Positions 7,913-15,602 of a stretch of 20,000 nt of DNA are shown one piece after another. Numbering within the stretch: the stretch's first letter is position 1; each line of letters starts with the position of its first letter. The notes below the pieces were generated by a model that worked only from the letters and a program-made list of their open reading frames with translations, had not been told where the DNA came from and made no database searches. Both the position numbers and the translations under genes were made by a program. The stretch is from an uncultured virus (IMG/VR IMGVR_UViG_3300028840_007214) (taxonomy: Duplodnaviria > Heunggongvirae > Uroviricota > Caudoviricetes): the IMG/VR virus record IMGVR_UViG_3300028840_007214, one strand, 5' to 3'.

Positions 7913-8800
7913 ATGAGTGATCAAGGCCATGGTGAAGTCCTCAGCAATGAGGCTAAAAGCCAGATCATCGGGGACCTGATCAAGACCGCCGCAGGGCGGC
8001 AGAAGTTGGCAGCCTCGATGATTCAGCCGCTGAGAGCTCGTCGTGACTACACGAGCATCGGCAGAAAGACCTTCCTGGTTGAGCAGTTGCCTGATGGCGC
8101 ACTGCCCATCTATGACAGAGACCCGGATGCGGTCGCTTATGTCATTGGTGAGGAAGGTGAAAACGTGCTGGCTATTCAGAAGCCGCGCAGAGTCATCTTT
8201 CCGCTCTTCGAGATCGCGTCGAATCCTGAGATTCCGCTCACACAGGTGAAGGAAAGACGGTACGACCTGATCGAAAGAGCACAGGACCTGGCGAAGAGTG
8301 AAGTCCAGGCGGAAGAAGACACGAGAGTCTTCGCAGTAATGGACGCCATCCAGGCGGTCGGCTTTGGCGGTCTTCCGCCCAATCCTGACATCCCGGTGGC
8401 AGCTCCTATCACAGGTGATGTACTCGCCGACGCATTTGCGACGATTGAGCGTCATGACCTGAGAGTTGCGAGACTGTTCTTCAACGCCAAGGACTACACC
8501 GACGTGAGGAAGTTTGGCCGTGATATCCTTGATATCGAGAGCCAGGCAACCTTACTGAAGACAGGCCTGATGGCGAACCTTTGGGGCGCACAGCTGATGG
8601 TCAGCAGAATCGTGCCCGTGGGTAAGGTATATGTTTGTGCCGAACCTGAGTTCTTCGGCCGCATTCCGGTGCGTACGGAACTCACAGTGCTCAGTGCAGA
8701 CGATCCGAAGGCCCGCACGATTGGGTTCAGCATCTTTGAGAACCTGGGCATTGGTGCTTACAACCCGTTCGCTCTCACAAGGCTCGACGTCAGCAGGTAG
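7913..8800 (+). CDS. Major capsid protein, HK97 fold
   Basis: AAGGAGG RBS; 295 aa. AYVIGEEG, FEIASNPEI, AKSEVQAEEDTRVF and LWGAQLMVSRIVPVGKVYV fit HK97-fold capsid proteins; follows protease-scaffold-decoration and precedes a strong terminator. Confidence 0.85.
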   Translation: MSDQGHGEVLSNEAKSQIIGDLIKTAAGRQKLAASMIQPLRARRDYTSIGRKTFLVEQLPDGALPIYDRDPDAVAYVIGEEGENVLAIQKPRRVIFPLFEIASNPEIPLTQVKERRYDLIERAQDLAKSEVQAEEDTRVFAVMDAIQAVGFGGLPPNPDIPVAAPITGDVLADAFATIERHDLRVARLFFNAKDYTDVRKFGRDILDIESQATLLKTGLMANLWGAQLMVSRIVPVGKVYVCAEPEFFGRIPVRTELTVLSADDPKARTIGFSIFENLGIGAYNPFALTRLDVSR

Positions 8801-8822
8801 TCAAGCCTAAAGCAGGCAAACT

Positions 8823-8856
8823 AAGAAGACCGCTTTAATCGGCGGTCTTCTTTTTT
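8823..8856 (+). terminator. Rho-independent terminator, possibly bidirectional
   Basis: AAGAAGACCGC (8823-8833) / GCGGTCTTCTT (8842-8852) followed by a T run. Confidence 0.9.
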
Positions 8857-8889
8857 GGTTATATATTCAGGTAGCAATTCATTCGAGTA

Positions 8890-8898
8890 TTGTAAAAT
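8890..8898 (+). promoter_or_regulatory. Candidate promoter motif TTGTAWAAT
   Basis: TTGTAAAAT 23 nt before ATG 8922; the motif recurs at 11415, 13841, 15569 and 18305. Confidence 0.45.
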
Positions 8899-8921
8899 AT
8901 GTAGGCTTTCCGAACAGATGA

Positions 8922-9428
8922 ATGAACCTGCATTCAAGATTTAGAGTACGCAAGCAACCTAATCTTCGCGATTGGCGTAAGTTTTTAAATAAGCAAAAGT
9001 ACTCTGAGTGCCAACTTGTTACCGCTATTAATGCTCGTTATTGGTTAACCGGAAAAATTCTTGGTCAAGATACTCAACACTATGAAAAGTTAGTTGATCT
9101 AGTAGGTGCTCGTCATGGTGCTGCAATAAGTGTTCACCGAGCTTGGAAGCGTTTTGGTATTGATGTTGCTCAAGAATATAATTACGTTTTTGGCATTGAA
9201 GCAGATATGCTTCCTCTTGAGTTAACTGTTTGGCATAAAGCTTATGGCTATCATTCTGTGCTTATAATTGATCGAGAAGCTAGATCTGGAGCTGTTCGTA
9301 TTGCAAATTTTAGTAAAGCAACAAGTATGTATGGTTGGATCTTTTGGGAAGATCTTCAGCATTTCTTGCAAAAATCTCTAGGCCGCCGAAGTTGGCGTGC
9401 CCGAAAGTTCAAATTAGTAAAAGGATAA
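8922..9428 (+). CDS. Hypothetical protein, possible papain-like (C39-like) cysteine peptidase
   Basis: QKYSECQL (Q-x4-C), YHSVLII and VRIANF give Cys-His-Asn in papain-like order. Confidence 0.55.
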   Translation: MNLHSRFRVRKQPNLRDWRKFLNKQKYSECQLVTAINARYWLTGKILGQDTQHYEKLVDLVGARHGAAISVHRAWKRFGIDVAQEYNYVFGIEADMLPLELTVWHKAYGYHSVLIIDREARSGAVRIANFSKATSMYGWIFWEDLQHFLQKSLGRRSWRARKFKLVKG

Positions 9429-9431
9429 GCT

Positions 9432-9743
9432 ATGCAGGAAAACATATGCCCTTATCCGCATGGTGGATTTTTGGAAGGTCCACACCCATGCAGAAAGTGT
9501 GGCAAAGAGTTCATTCCAAATTGTTTTCCGCATTATGGTCTTTGTGAAGAATGTTTACCTTCAACTGAGCCTTCACCTTGTCCAAGATGCAAAAGCACTA
9601 ATATTGAAAATTACATAGATGTTAGTACCTGTTTTTGTCGATGTCTTGACTGTGGCGTGAGTACTCTTAAGTTCTATTATACCCATACAAGTCAGGGAGT
9701 ATATGCGTGGAACAGAGGAGAAGTTTATAAAAAACCAACGTAA
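9432..9743 (+). CDS. Multi-CxxC zinc-finger protein with Lar (restriction alleviation)-like C-terminal half
   Basis: CRKC and CEEC, then PCPRC...CLDCG...AWNR, the Lar-like pattern. Confidence 0.6.
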   Translation: MQENICPYPHGGFLEGPHPCRKCGKEFIPNCFPHYGLCEECLPSTEPSPCPRCKSTNIENYIDVSTCFCRCLDCGVSTLKFYYTHTSQGVYAWNRGEVYKKPT

Positions 9744-9771
9744 GTTAGTAGAAAGTGAAAAAAGAGAGAGA

Positions 9772-9942
9772 ATGGCAGCTCCTTATAAAACAGTTGATAA
9801 GATCATTGCAATCATAAAGAACCATGTTCCGAAAGAAAACATTCCGCACCTTTTAGCAGATCTTGCACAAACTCTCACCGAATCTAAAAATCAATCGTAT
9901 AATGAGACAATATCTCGTATAATAAGACGCTTTAGTGAGTAA
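9772..9942 (+). CDS. Hypothetical protein
   Basis: ATG 9772 after a purine-rich run; avoids overlap with the previous gene. Confidence 0.6.
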   Translation: MAAPYKTVDKIIAIIKNHVPKENIPHLLADLAQTLTESKNQSYNETISRIIRRFSE

Positions 9943-9947
9943 GCATA

Positions 9948-10226
9948 ATGGTTAGAATCCATTGGCCCGAACCTGGTTGGCCTCCTGAGAAACATGAGTG
10001 TATGTGTGATGAGCGCGATTACCAAATCATTGAGAATGGGAAGCAATATTACCTCCCTCAAGGTTTCCCATGTCAAAATACAGCAACCCACTGCTTAATT
10101 AGCAAGAATACCTATACCTTTTACTGTGAAAGGCATGCGGCGCAAATCTCAGAAGATGCGGGAGAACTTGTAGAATTACCCGATTCAACTTTTAGAGTGG
10201 AGAAGGATGATCAAAAAGAACATTAA
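9948..10226 (+). CDS. Hypothetical Cys/His-containing protein
   Basis: 92 aa with CMC, PCQN.ATH and YCERHA; overlaps the next start. Confidence 0.7.
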   Translation: MVRIHWPEPGWPPEKHECMCDERDYQIIENGKQYYLPQGFPCQNTATHCLISKNTYTFYCERHAAQISEDAGELVELPDSTFRVEKDDQKEH

Positions 10227-10560
10227 TCCAGATGCTTATATGTCACGACCAATTGAGAATCTTGTCTTTTGGTGTGCGAAGCTTGTTGAGAGAATTACTA
10301 AAGCGTCTGAGATGTTAGAAGAGCAACCTGAATTAGAAGAGAATCCTGAATTCCAGAAACTTTCAGATACTGATAGTCAGATGATTCCAGCATATCTTGC
10401 AGCTCTTAAACTTCGTGCACAAGAGGTAGTCGAATACGCTGCTAAATTTGGAGTTCTATGCACTGAAGAAGATGTGCGCGAAAATCCATTTTTAATTGCT
10501 GCTGGTCTAATGCATCACATTGGGGCTTTAAACTTTGAGGAAGATGAAGATGACGACTGA
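10207..10560 (+). CDS. Hypothetical acidic protein
   Basis: GGAG RBS; 117 aa; overlaps both neighbours. Confidence 0.7.
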   Translation: MIKKNINPDAYMSRPIENLVFWCAKLVERITKASEMLEEQPELEENPEFQKLSDTDSQMIPAYLAALKLRAQEVVEYAAKFGVLCTEEDVRENPFLIAAGLMHHIGALNFEEDEDDD

Positions 10561-10774
10561 GACGCAATGGCTTAGTTGTTTCGTTAAGAGATTTGTCCGT
10601 AAGAAAGACGCTGATGAAGTTGGGTGCTTTATCTGTCATGTTGAAATTCCAGTCGGCTCCGAATACACTTTTGCTGGTAAAGACTACTCCGATTTTAAAA
10701 CATTCTGCCTAGAGTGCACTGAGCATATTTCAAGAGACTTTGTAATGCGGCTTTTTGAAGAATCTAGGAGCTGA
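10550..10774 (+). CDS. Small CxxC-CxxC zinc-binding protein
   Basis: GAGGA at 10537-10541; CFIC...FCLEC. Start is 10544 or 10550. Confidence 0.65.
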   Translation: MTTETQWLSCFVKRFVRKKDADEVGCFICHVEIPVGSEYTFAGKDYSDFKTFCLECTEHISRDFVMRLFEESRS

Positions 10775-10776
10775 AG

Positions 10777-10968
10777 ATGGATCTTCAAGAACTTAAAGAC
10801 TTTGAGCGAATCACCCGCAAACTCGACTGTAAAGAAACATATAAACCTAACACCTATATTTGTCTACGTTGTGGTTATTCATATGACAGTGGTTGTTCTG
10901 GTACTTATTCTTTTACAGCAAACTTTTGTGGGATTTGCTTGATTGAGGCACAAAATGAAAAGCAATAA
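10777..10968 (+). CDS. Small CxxC-CxxC protein
   Basis: AGGAG RBS; CLRC...FCGIC. Confidence 0.65.
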   Translation: MDLQELKDFERITRKLDCKETYKPNTYICLRCGYSYDSGCSGTYSFTANFCGICLIEAQNEKQ

Positions 10969-11116
10969 ATGCCCAACAGTTCTCACATTAGATGAGCAAA
11001 TATCTGCAAGTTATCTTTTAGATCGCAAATTATTAAAAGACTTCAGGGAGGCAGTTAATAAATTTAGAAAGATCTATGATGAGCAAAAAAGAAAGCGTTC
11101 TTCGAGATCCGTATAA
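10955..11116 (+). CDS. Small hypothetical protein (53 aa; not in ORF track)
   Basis: GAGG RBS; MKSNKCPTVL...KRSSRSV*; fills the gap between listed ORFs. Confidence 0.5.
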   Translation: MKSNKCPTVLTLDEQISASYLLDRKLLKDFREAVNKFRKIYDEQKRKRSSRSV

Positions 11117-11420
11117 AGTTATTCGTAAAAGAGCTGACGGTTTGCATCCAGTAGGGAAACCTGGTGGGCATAATCTAGCGTTTTGCCCGACTCTTGAAAA
11201 AGCCCGTTTTGTCGCTGCAGCTTTAAATGCTTATTATCATTTCGGTTTTGATTTTGATACAGGGAGTTCTAGCTCTCAATGTAAATATGATAGGGGTGAT
11301 TGTTCTCACCCAGAACGCCCCCATGTTATGAATTGTCATCAACAGAATTGCCCTTGGGAAGAACGCCGTAAAGATGAAGATTGGTGGTTTGGGCATCCTG
11401 GACGTTTTAACCAATTGTAA
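11076..11420 (+). CDS. Hypothetical protein with Cys-rich C-terminus
   Basis: 114-aa ORF in the + strand gene run. Confidence 0.65.
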   Translation: MMSKKESVLRDPYKVIRKRADGLHPVGKPGGHNLAFCPTLEKARFVAAALNAYYHFGFDFDTGSSSSQCKYDRGDCSHPERPHVMNCHQQNCPWEERRKDEDWWFGHPGRFNQL

Positions 11421-11465
11421 AATACATGTTTAGTTTTGAACGCCAAATAGAAAGGGACATGCATT

Positions 11466-11705
11466 ATGACAAAGAAAAAAGCAAAAAAAGCTTCACCGAA
11501 GAAAGCAAACGATTCTAACTTTTATGGCATTTACTTAGGAGTTCCAGAAGGCACTGTTCGTGAGATTCATGTCGCTATTAATGATATTCTAAAGAGTGGC
11601 GCTGATCAAGCAACAATGCAAGAAGCTCTTAATGTTCTCCGCGATGCCGCGAAGATCGAAGAATGCACAATCTCAAATTGTTCAATAAATCTTTCGAACA
11701 AATAA
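11466..11705 (+). CDS. Hypothetical protein with Lys-rich N-terminus
   Basis: AAGGGA RBS; preceded by TTGTAAAAT at 11415-11423. Confidence 0.7.
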   Translation: MTKKKAKKASPKKANDSNFYGIYLGVPEGTVREIHVAINDILKSGADQATMQEALNVLRDAAKIEECTISNCSINLSNK

Positions 11706-11714
11706 GAGGGAAAG

Positions 11715-11894
11715 ATGTGGACTTTAAAATCTCTGTTGCGTTCGGCCGAGCAAACTCAAGCAGAAATCAACGGTAAATGGGTACCTGCTCGTCCGTTAAA
11801 TTGGAAATGCCGTAGCTTTCGTGAACGTCTTTGTGAAGCTTGGGCAGTATTTAAGGGCCGAGCAGAAGCATTTACTTGGCCAGAAGGACAATAG
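11715..11894 (+). CDS. Small phage-type hypothetical protein (59 aa; not in ORF track)
   Basis: GAGGG RBS; MWTLKSLL...NGKWVPARP...RLCEAWAVFKGRAEAFTWPEGQ*, resembling a small protein pattern I recall from phages. Confidence 0.75.
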   Translation: MWTLKSLLRSAEQTQAEINGKWVPARPLNWKCRSFRERLCEAWAVFKGRAEAFTWPEGQ

Positions 11895-11896
11895 TT

Positions 11897-12022
11897 ATGA
11901 AAGAGGATTTAACACTTATTCTATTAACTATTGCGATGTTTATTTTCGCTCTATGCCAAGCAGGTGAAAGATTTGTCCGCGGAGAAAGATTATATCCTAC
12001 TAATGAAGACGAATTTATTTAA
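11897..12022 (+). CDS. Small putative membrane peptide (41 aa; not in ORF track)
   Basis: AAGGA upstream; MKEDLTLILLTIAMFIFALCQAG... has a hydrophobic N-terminus. Confidence 0.4.
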   Translation: MKEDLTLILLTIAMFIFALCQAGERFVRGERLYPTNEDEFI

Positions 12023-12263
12023 CATTAAACCACGCAGGCGCCTTATTAATTATCTGCGTGAGAAGTATCCTGAATACATTTGGCAGTACGATTTTCATGG
12101 TCATGCATGGCGTGCATCTAAAGACGGGAAAGAAGTGGGGCATGTACGCCACGTTGCTGCTCTTGCACCTCGCTATGACGGAGATGATGATACATTTATA
12201 AGACAAACCTATTTCTACCGTGATGGTCAAACTCCGCTAAGGATTTGGTCATATGACTTATAA
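12003..12263 (+). CDS. Hypothetical protein
   Basis: ATG 12003 is in frame with the listed 11931 ORF; overlaps the next gene. Confidence 0.6.
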   Translation: MKTNLFNIKPRRRLINYLREKYPEYIWQYDFHGHAWRASKDGKEVGHVRHVAALAPRYDGDDDTFIRQTYFYRDGQTPLRIWSYDL

Positions 12264-12564
12264 TAAGATTTTAGCAACGATCGCAGTTATTGGTCTCTAT
12301 GCCTTCCTCATATTTATCACTGTATTTCTAATCGTAGATCTAAACAGGAAGTTTGATAAGCTAGAAGAATCCCTTGGAGAGCTCAAGGTTTCTCTTGAGA
12401 AATTGTGTGTTACCATGGAAGAGGTGAATGAAAACACAAAGAAATTGGTCAAGCAGATGGAGAAGATGAATAAGAAACTAGAGAAGATCGATAAGCAATT
12501 AGAAGAAATGAATAAGAAGTTAGATGAAACAAATAAAGAACTTAGAAAGCGAGAAGGCCCATGA
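12253..12564 (+). CDS. Single-pass membrane protein with a long heptad coiled coil
   Basis: ILATIAVIGLYAFLIFITVFLIV, then heptads EKMNKKL-EKIDKQL-EEMNKKL-DETNKEL. Confidence 0.75.
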   Translation: MTYNKILATIAVIGLYAFLIFITVFLIVDLNRKFDKLEESLGELKVSLEKLCVTMEEVNENTKKLVKQMEKMNKKLEKIDKQLEEMNKKLDETNKELRKREGP

Positions 12565-12797
12565 AACAGTTAAGATCTTTAGAAGAAATCGAAACTATGC
12601 TTTCTTGGTTAGAAGATAAAATAGCAAAGTGGGAAGAGCGCCAGAGTTTAGCAGGCATTGGCACTCGGATGGGTACCAGTCAGTGTAACCATAGCCGTAT
12701 AGAGTATGCGAGCTGGTTAGCTCAGCGAGATTTTTTACTAAAATTAAAGCAGCGTGTTAGTGCTGTTACCTGCTCAGGAGTCCCTGATGAACAATGA
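12561..12797 (+). CDS. Hypothetical protein
   Basis: ATGA start/stop overlap with the previous gene. Confidence 0.7.
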   Translation: MKQLRSLEEIETMLSWLEDKIAKWEERQSLAGIGTRMGTSQCNHSRIEYASWLAQRDFLLKLKQRVSAVTCSGVPDEQ

Positions 12798-13044
12798 ATA
12801 TCCCCCAAAACATACAACTCGAGAAGACGTTGAAAAATTAGCTCGAGACAATCCAATTATCTTTTCAGCTCTAAATGCTATGTATTCTGGGCATATCTCT
12901 TTTGAACAAGCAATGCTCGAGGCAGTTAAGTTGCTCGCAAAGCATAATGCTTATCTTGAGCAGACTGTTTTAAAACATGCTCTGGTGCTTGAACCTGTAA
13001 GTGTTCCATTGCAGGAGTCCTCGGATGAAAACAAAGGAAATTAA
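12787..13044 (+). CDS. Hypothetical protein
   Basis: AGGAG at 12776-12780 supports ATG 12787. Confidence 0.7.
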   Translation: MNNEYPPKHTTREDVEKLARDNPIIFSALNAMYSGHISFEQAMLEAVKLLAKHNAYLEQTVLKHALVLEPVSVPLQESSDENKGN

Positions 13045-13546
13045 AGAAGGCGGCCCATACGAAGCCGTTCATGTAAAAGACCGCAATGAGCATCAAGTTG
13101 AAGTAACAATGCGGAACGAATCAGGCCATGAAATCATCTATCTTATCTATAAGAAACCTCTTTTCGAGAGGATGAAAGATCTAGAGAAAGAAGAAAAGAA
13201 AAAGCGTTGGATCGCTTCAAGCCGAGACTGTGAAATGTATCCGATAAAACGAGTAAAATCAAAAGATGAAGAGATGCTCGTAAAGATGCCTTTCCAGGAA
13301 GCTTTCCATTTGCGCAAAGCTCTGATAAAGGTAGTAGAACATATTGATAGCCCGCATATTCGAGTTCTTATTAAGTCTCTTGAATTAAAAGCAAGTGATT
13401 ATGGTAGCGAGCCTTGTCTTGAGTGTGGGCAGAAGATGAAGGTAATAAATACAAGTCGTGCAAAGTATGCAACTTTTATTCTTTGGTCGTGCAATAATTG
13501 CGGTAATCAGCATTTGGAAAAGAAACATACTCCAAGTATGTATTAG
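13025..13546 (+). CDS. Hypothetical protein with C-terminal zinc ribbon
   Basis: AGGAG RBS before ATG 13025; PCLECG...SCNNCG. Confidence 0.7.
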   Translation: MKTKEIKEGGPYEAVHVKDRNEHQVEVTMRNESGHEIIYLIYKKPLFERMKDLEKEEKKKRWIASSRDCEMYPIKRVKSKDEEMLVKMPFQEAFHLRKALIKVVEHIDSPHIRVLIKSLELKASDYGSEPCLECGQKMKVINTSRAKYATFILWSCNNCGNQHLEKKHTPSMY

Positions 13547-13555
13547 AGGAAAGTG

Positions 13556-13801
13556 ATGGCATCTTTTACATTTAAGAAGCTGAAAGAGAAATTCAAATCA
13601 CTTCTACGGACTAATATCGTTGAGCATCGTGTTACTATAATAAATGATCAGGTGATCGAAGGCAATCTTACTCCAGATGAAGCAAAACAGCTTGTAAAAG
13701 AATCAGATGAGTTATTTGATGCTGCTTGCAAACGTATGGATGCCCTATTTGAAGACGTTAATCAGCGTTTAAATAGTATTCATTCTAAGTTCAGAAAATA
13801 A
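13556..13801 (+). CDS. Hypothetical protein
   Basis: GAGGA RBS; start is GTG 13553 or ATG 13556. Confidence 0.7.
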   Translation: MASFTFKKLKEKFKSLLRTNIVEHRVTIINDQVIEGNLTPDEAKQLVKESDELFDAACKRMDALFEDVNQRLNSIHSKFRK

Positions 13802-13820
13802 CTTGTTTGTTTCCTTGTCG

Positions 13821-13849
13821 TTAACTTCCCTTGCTTTTTCTTGTATAAT
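13821..13849 (+). promoter_or_regulatory. Candidate sigma70-like promoter
   Basis: TTAACT (4/6 match to TTGACA), 17-nt spacer, TATAAT at 13844-13849, inside an intergenic gap. Confidence 0.55.
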
Positions 13850-13884
13850 GTCATGTACTTACATTCTTTTGTTAGGAGAAAGTC

Positions 13885-14112
13885 ATGAAAAAGGATGATC
13901 ATATTAGTCGTGCCGCAGCACTCGAGAAGATCATCAATGATCGCGAAAAGCCTGAATCCGAACGTATGGAAGCAATGATCGAACATGCAAAGATTTGGTG
14001 TCCTAATGATGTAGAGAGGCACAAGCTCAGACTTACTTTGATGATTACTCTCGAAAAGCTCGATGTTCCTCAGAAGACAATCGAGCGCATTTTGACTGAT
14101 GATGTGAACTAA
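13885..14112 (+). CDS. Hypothetical protein
   Basis: AGGAG RBS; TAATG overlap with the next gene. Confidence 0.7.
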   Translation: MKKDDHISRAAALEKIINDREKPESERMEAMIEHAKIWCPNDVERHKLRLTLMITLEKLDVPQKTIERILTDDVN

Positions 14113-14402
14113 TGATTTTAGATCAATTAGTTGAGAAGAAAGATCTCTACATTTATCTCAAGTATCGTATACTTGAGCTACAGAAAGCTGAAGCAGACCT
14201 ATTTGTAGCGATCAAAGAAGATGAATCATTAAATAAGACCAAAAAGCTACAACACGCTGTTTTGCGTCTTAAAGGAAGCATCCGCGAATTAAGAAGGCTT
14301 AAGGCTTCTCTAGAAACAGGACGGCTTAAAGAAGAATGTAAAAGGATGTGGAGACCAGACGATGAAATGGGTGAGGAAGGAAGGCATCAAGATTCCGATT
14401 AA
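14112..14402 (+). CDS. Hypothetical helical protein
   Basis: TAATG coupling with the previous gene; overlaps the rtcB start. Confidence 0.7.
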   Translation: MILDQLVEKKDLYIYLKYRILELQKAEADLFVAIKEDESLNKTKKLQHAVLRLKGSIRELRRLKASLETGRLKEECKRMWRPDDEMGEEGRHQDSD

Positions 14403-15567
14403 ATCTTGGTGTGAATCTATTGATATTGAAGCTGAAAAGCAAGCTGTAAATCTTGCTAATCTGCCATTTGCTTTTAAACACATTGCTCTTATGCCTGACT
14501 GTCATGGTGGGTATGGCATGCCTATTGGTGGCGTTCTCGCTACAAATGGGGTAGTTGTCCCCAATGCTGTAGGTGTTGATATTGGTTGTGGTATGGGTTT
14601 CTTTGAAACTAATATCGACGCAGATGAAGTTGTTACAGCGCCAGATGATTTTCTTCGTAAGTTCGTTCAGGAACTTAAAAGAAGCATTCCTGTTGGTTTT
14701 CATCATCATAAAATAGCCCAGAAGTGGGAAGGTTTTAACCGCGCCCCTCAAACTCCTCCAGTCAAGCAAGAGCTCGAATCAGCAAGATTTCAGTTAGGCA
14801 CTCTTGGTGGAGGTAACCACTTTATTGAGTTACAGAGATCAGATACAGGCAAACTTTGCTTAATGGTGCATTCAGGGTCTCGTAACTTTGGTTATAAGAT
14901 CGCTAAATATTATAATGCTCTTGCTCAGAAGCTTTGTAAACGCTGGTATTCTAACATCCCTGAATTTAAAGGTGAAGATGGTTTAGCCTTTCTTCCCATT
15001 GAAACACTTGAAGCCAAAGCCTATTTAGACTCGATGAATTATGCCTTAGACTTTGCTAAAGAGAGTCGTGCGCATATGATGAATACCTCTATAAACATCC
15101 TTAGTAAATTGCTGAAATCGGAGCTTTCTTTAGATCTTAGTTTGGGGCGCGAAGTTAACATTCATCATAACTTTGCAGCTTGGGAAAATCATTATGGTAA
15201 GAATGTCATTGTGCACCGTAAAGGAGCTACTCAGGCACGGAAAGATCAGTTTGGTATCATACCCGGTTCTATGGGAACATCCTCTTACATTGTGCGTGGG
15301 CTTGGCAATTCAGAATCGTTTGAATCATGCTCGCATGGAGCTGGAAGAAAATTAGCTCGCGGGAAAGCCAATAGAACTCTTACAATGACTGATGTTGAAA
15401 AGGCTATGGGTGATATCGTTTTTGAGATTGGAGTTGACCGTAAAGGTAACCCCGATCTTAGCGAAGCGCCGCAAGCGTATAAAGATATTGATGAGGTAAT
15501 CGACGCTGAGAAAGATCTTGTCGAGGTAGTTACGAAATTGCAACCACTGGCTGTAATTAAAGGATAA
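14362..15567 (+). CDS. rtcB: RtcB-family GTP-dependent RNA ligase (2',3'-cyclic phosphate/3'-phosphate to 5'-OH)
   Basis: All hallmark motifs present: MPDCHGGYGMPIG, VGVDIGCG, LGTLGGGNHFIE, VHSGSR, HHN, HRKGA, IPGSMG, SCSHGAGR, EAPQAYK. Confidence 0.97.
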   Translation: MKWVRKEGIKIPIKSWCESIDIEAEKQAVNLANLPFAFKHIALMPDCHGGYGMPIGGVLATNGVVVPNAVGVDIGCGMGFFETNIDADEVVTAPDDFLRKFVQELKRSIPVGFHHHKIAQKWEGFNRAPQTPPVKQELESARFQLGTLGGGNHFIELQRSDTGKLCLMVHSGSRNFGYKIAKYYNALAQKLCKRWYSNIPEFKGEDGLAFLPIETLEAKAYLDSMNYALDFAKESRAHMMNTSINILSKLLKSELSLDLSLGREVNIHHNFAAWENHYGKNVIVHRKGATQARKDQFGIIPGSMGTSSYIVRGLGNSESFESCSHGAGRKLARGKANRTLTMTDVEKAMGDIVFEIGVDRKGNPDLSEAPQAYKDIDEVIDAEKDLVEVVTKLQPLAVIKG

Positions 15568-15591
15568 TTTGTATAATCAAGTTATCCTTTA
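15558..15591 (+). promoter_or_regulatory. 14-bp inverted repeat with TATAAT as its exact loop
   Basis: TAAAGGATAATTTG-tataat-CAAGTTATCCTTTA (one T-G wobble), spanning the rtcB stop and abutting the AGGAG RBS at 15591-15595. Confidence 0.6.
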
Positions 15592-15602
15592 GGAGCTAAC
15601 AT

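Noticed and set aside
5549..8751. Minus-strand ORFs, e.g. Ser-rich 5549-5917 and 6819-7232, and 7898-8455
   Set aside because: Antisense shadows of Glu-rich or GC-rich + strand genes; no independent motifs. The same applies to the other minus-strand ORFs.
7913..8800. Cellular encapsulin operon
   Set aside because: The context is protease, scaffold, decoration and phage-type small ORFs, with no cargo enzyme.
14362..15567. Intein or intron in rtcB
   Set aside because: The 401-aa length and continuous motif order leave no room for an insertion.
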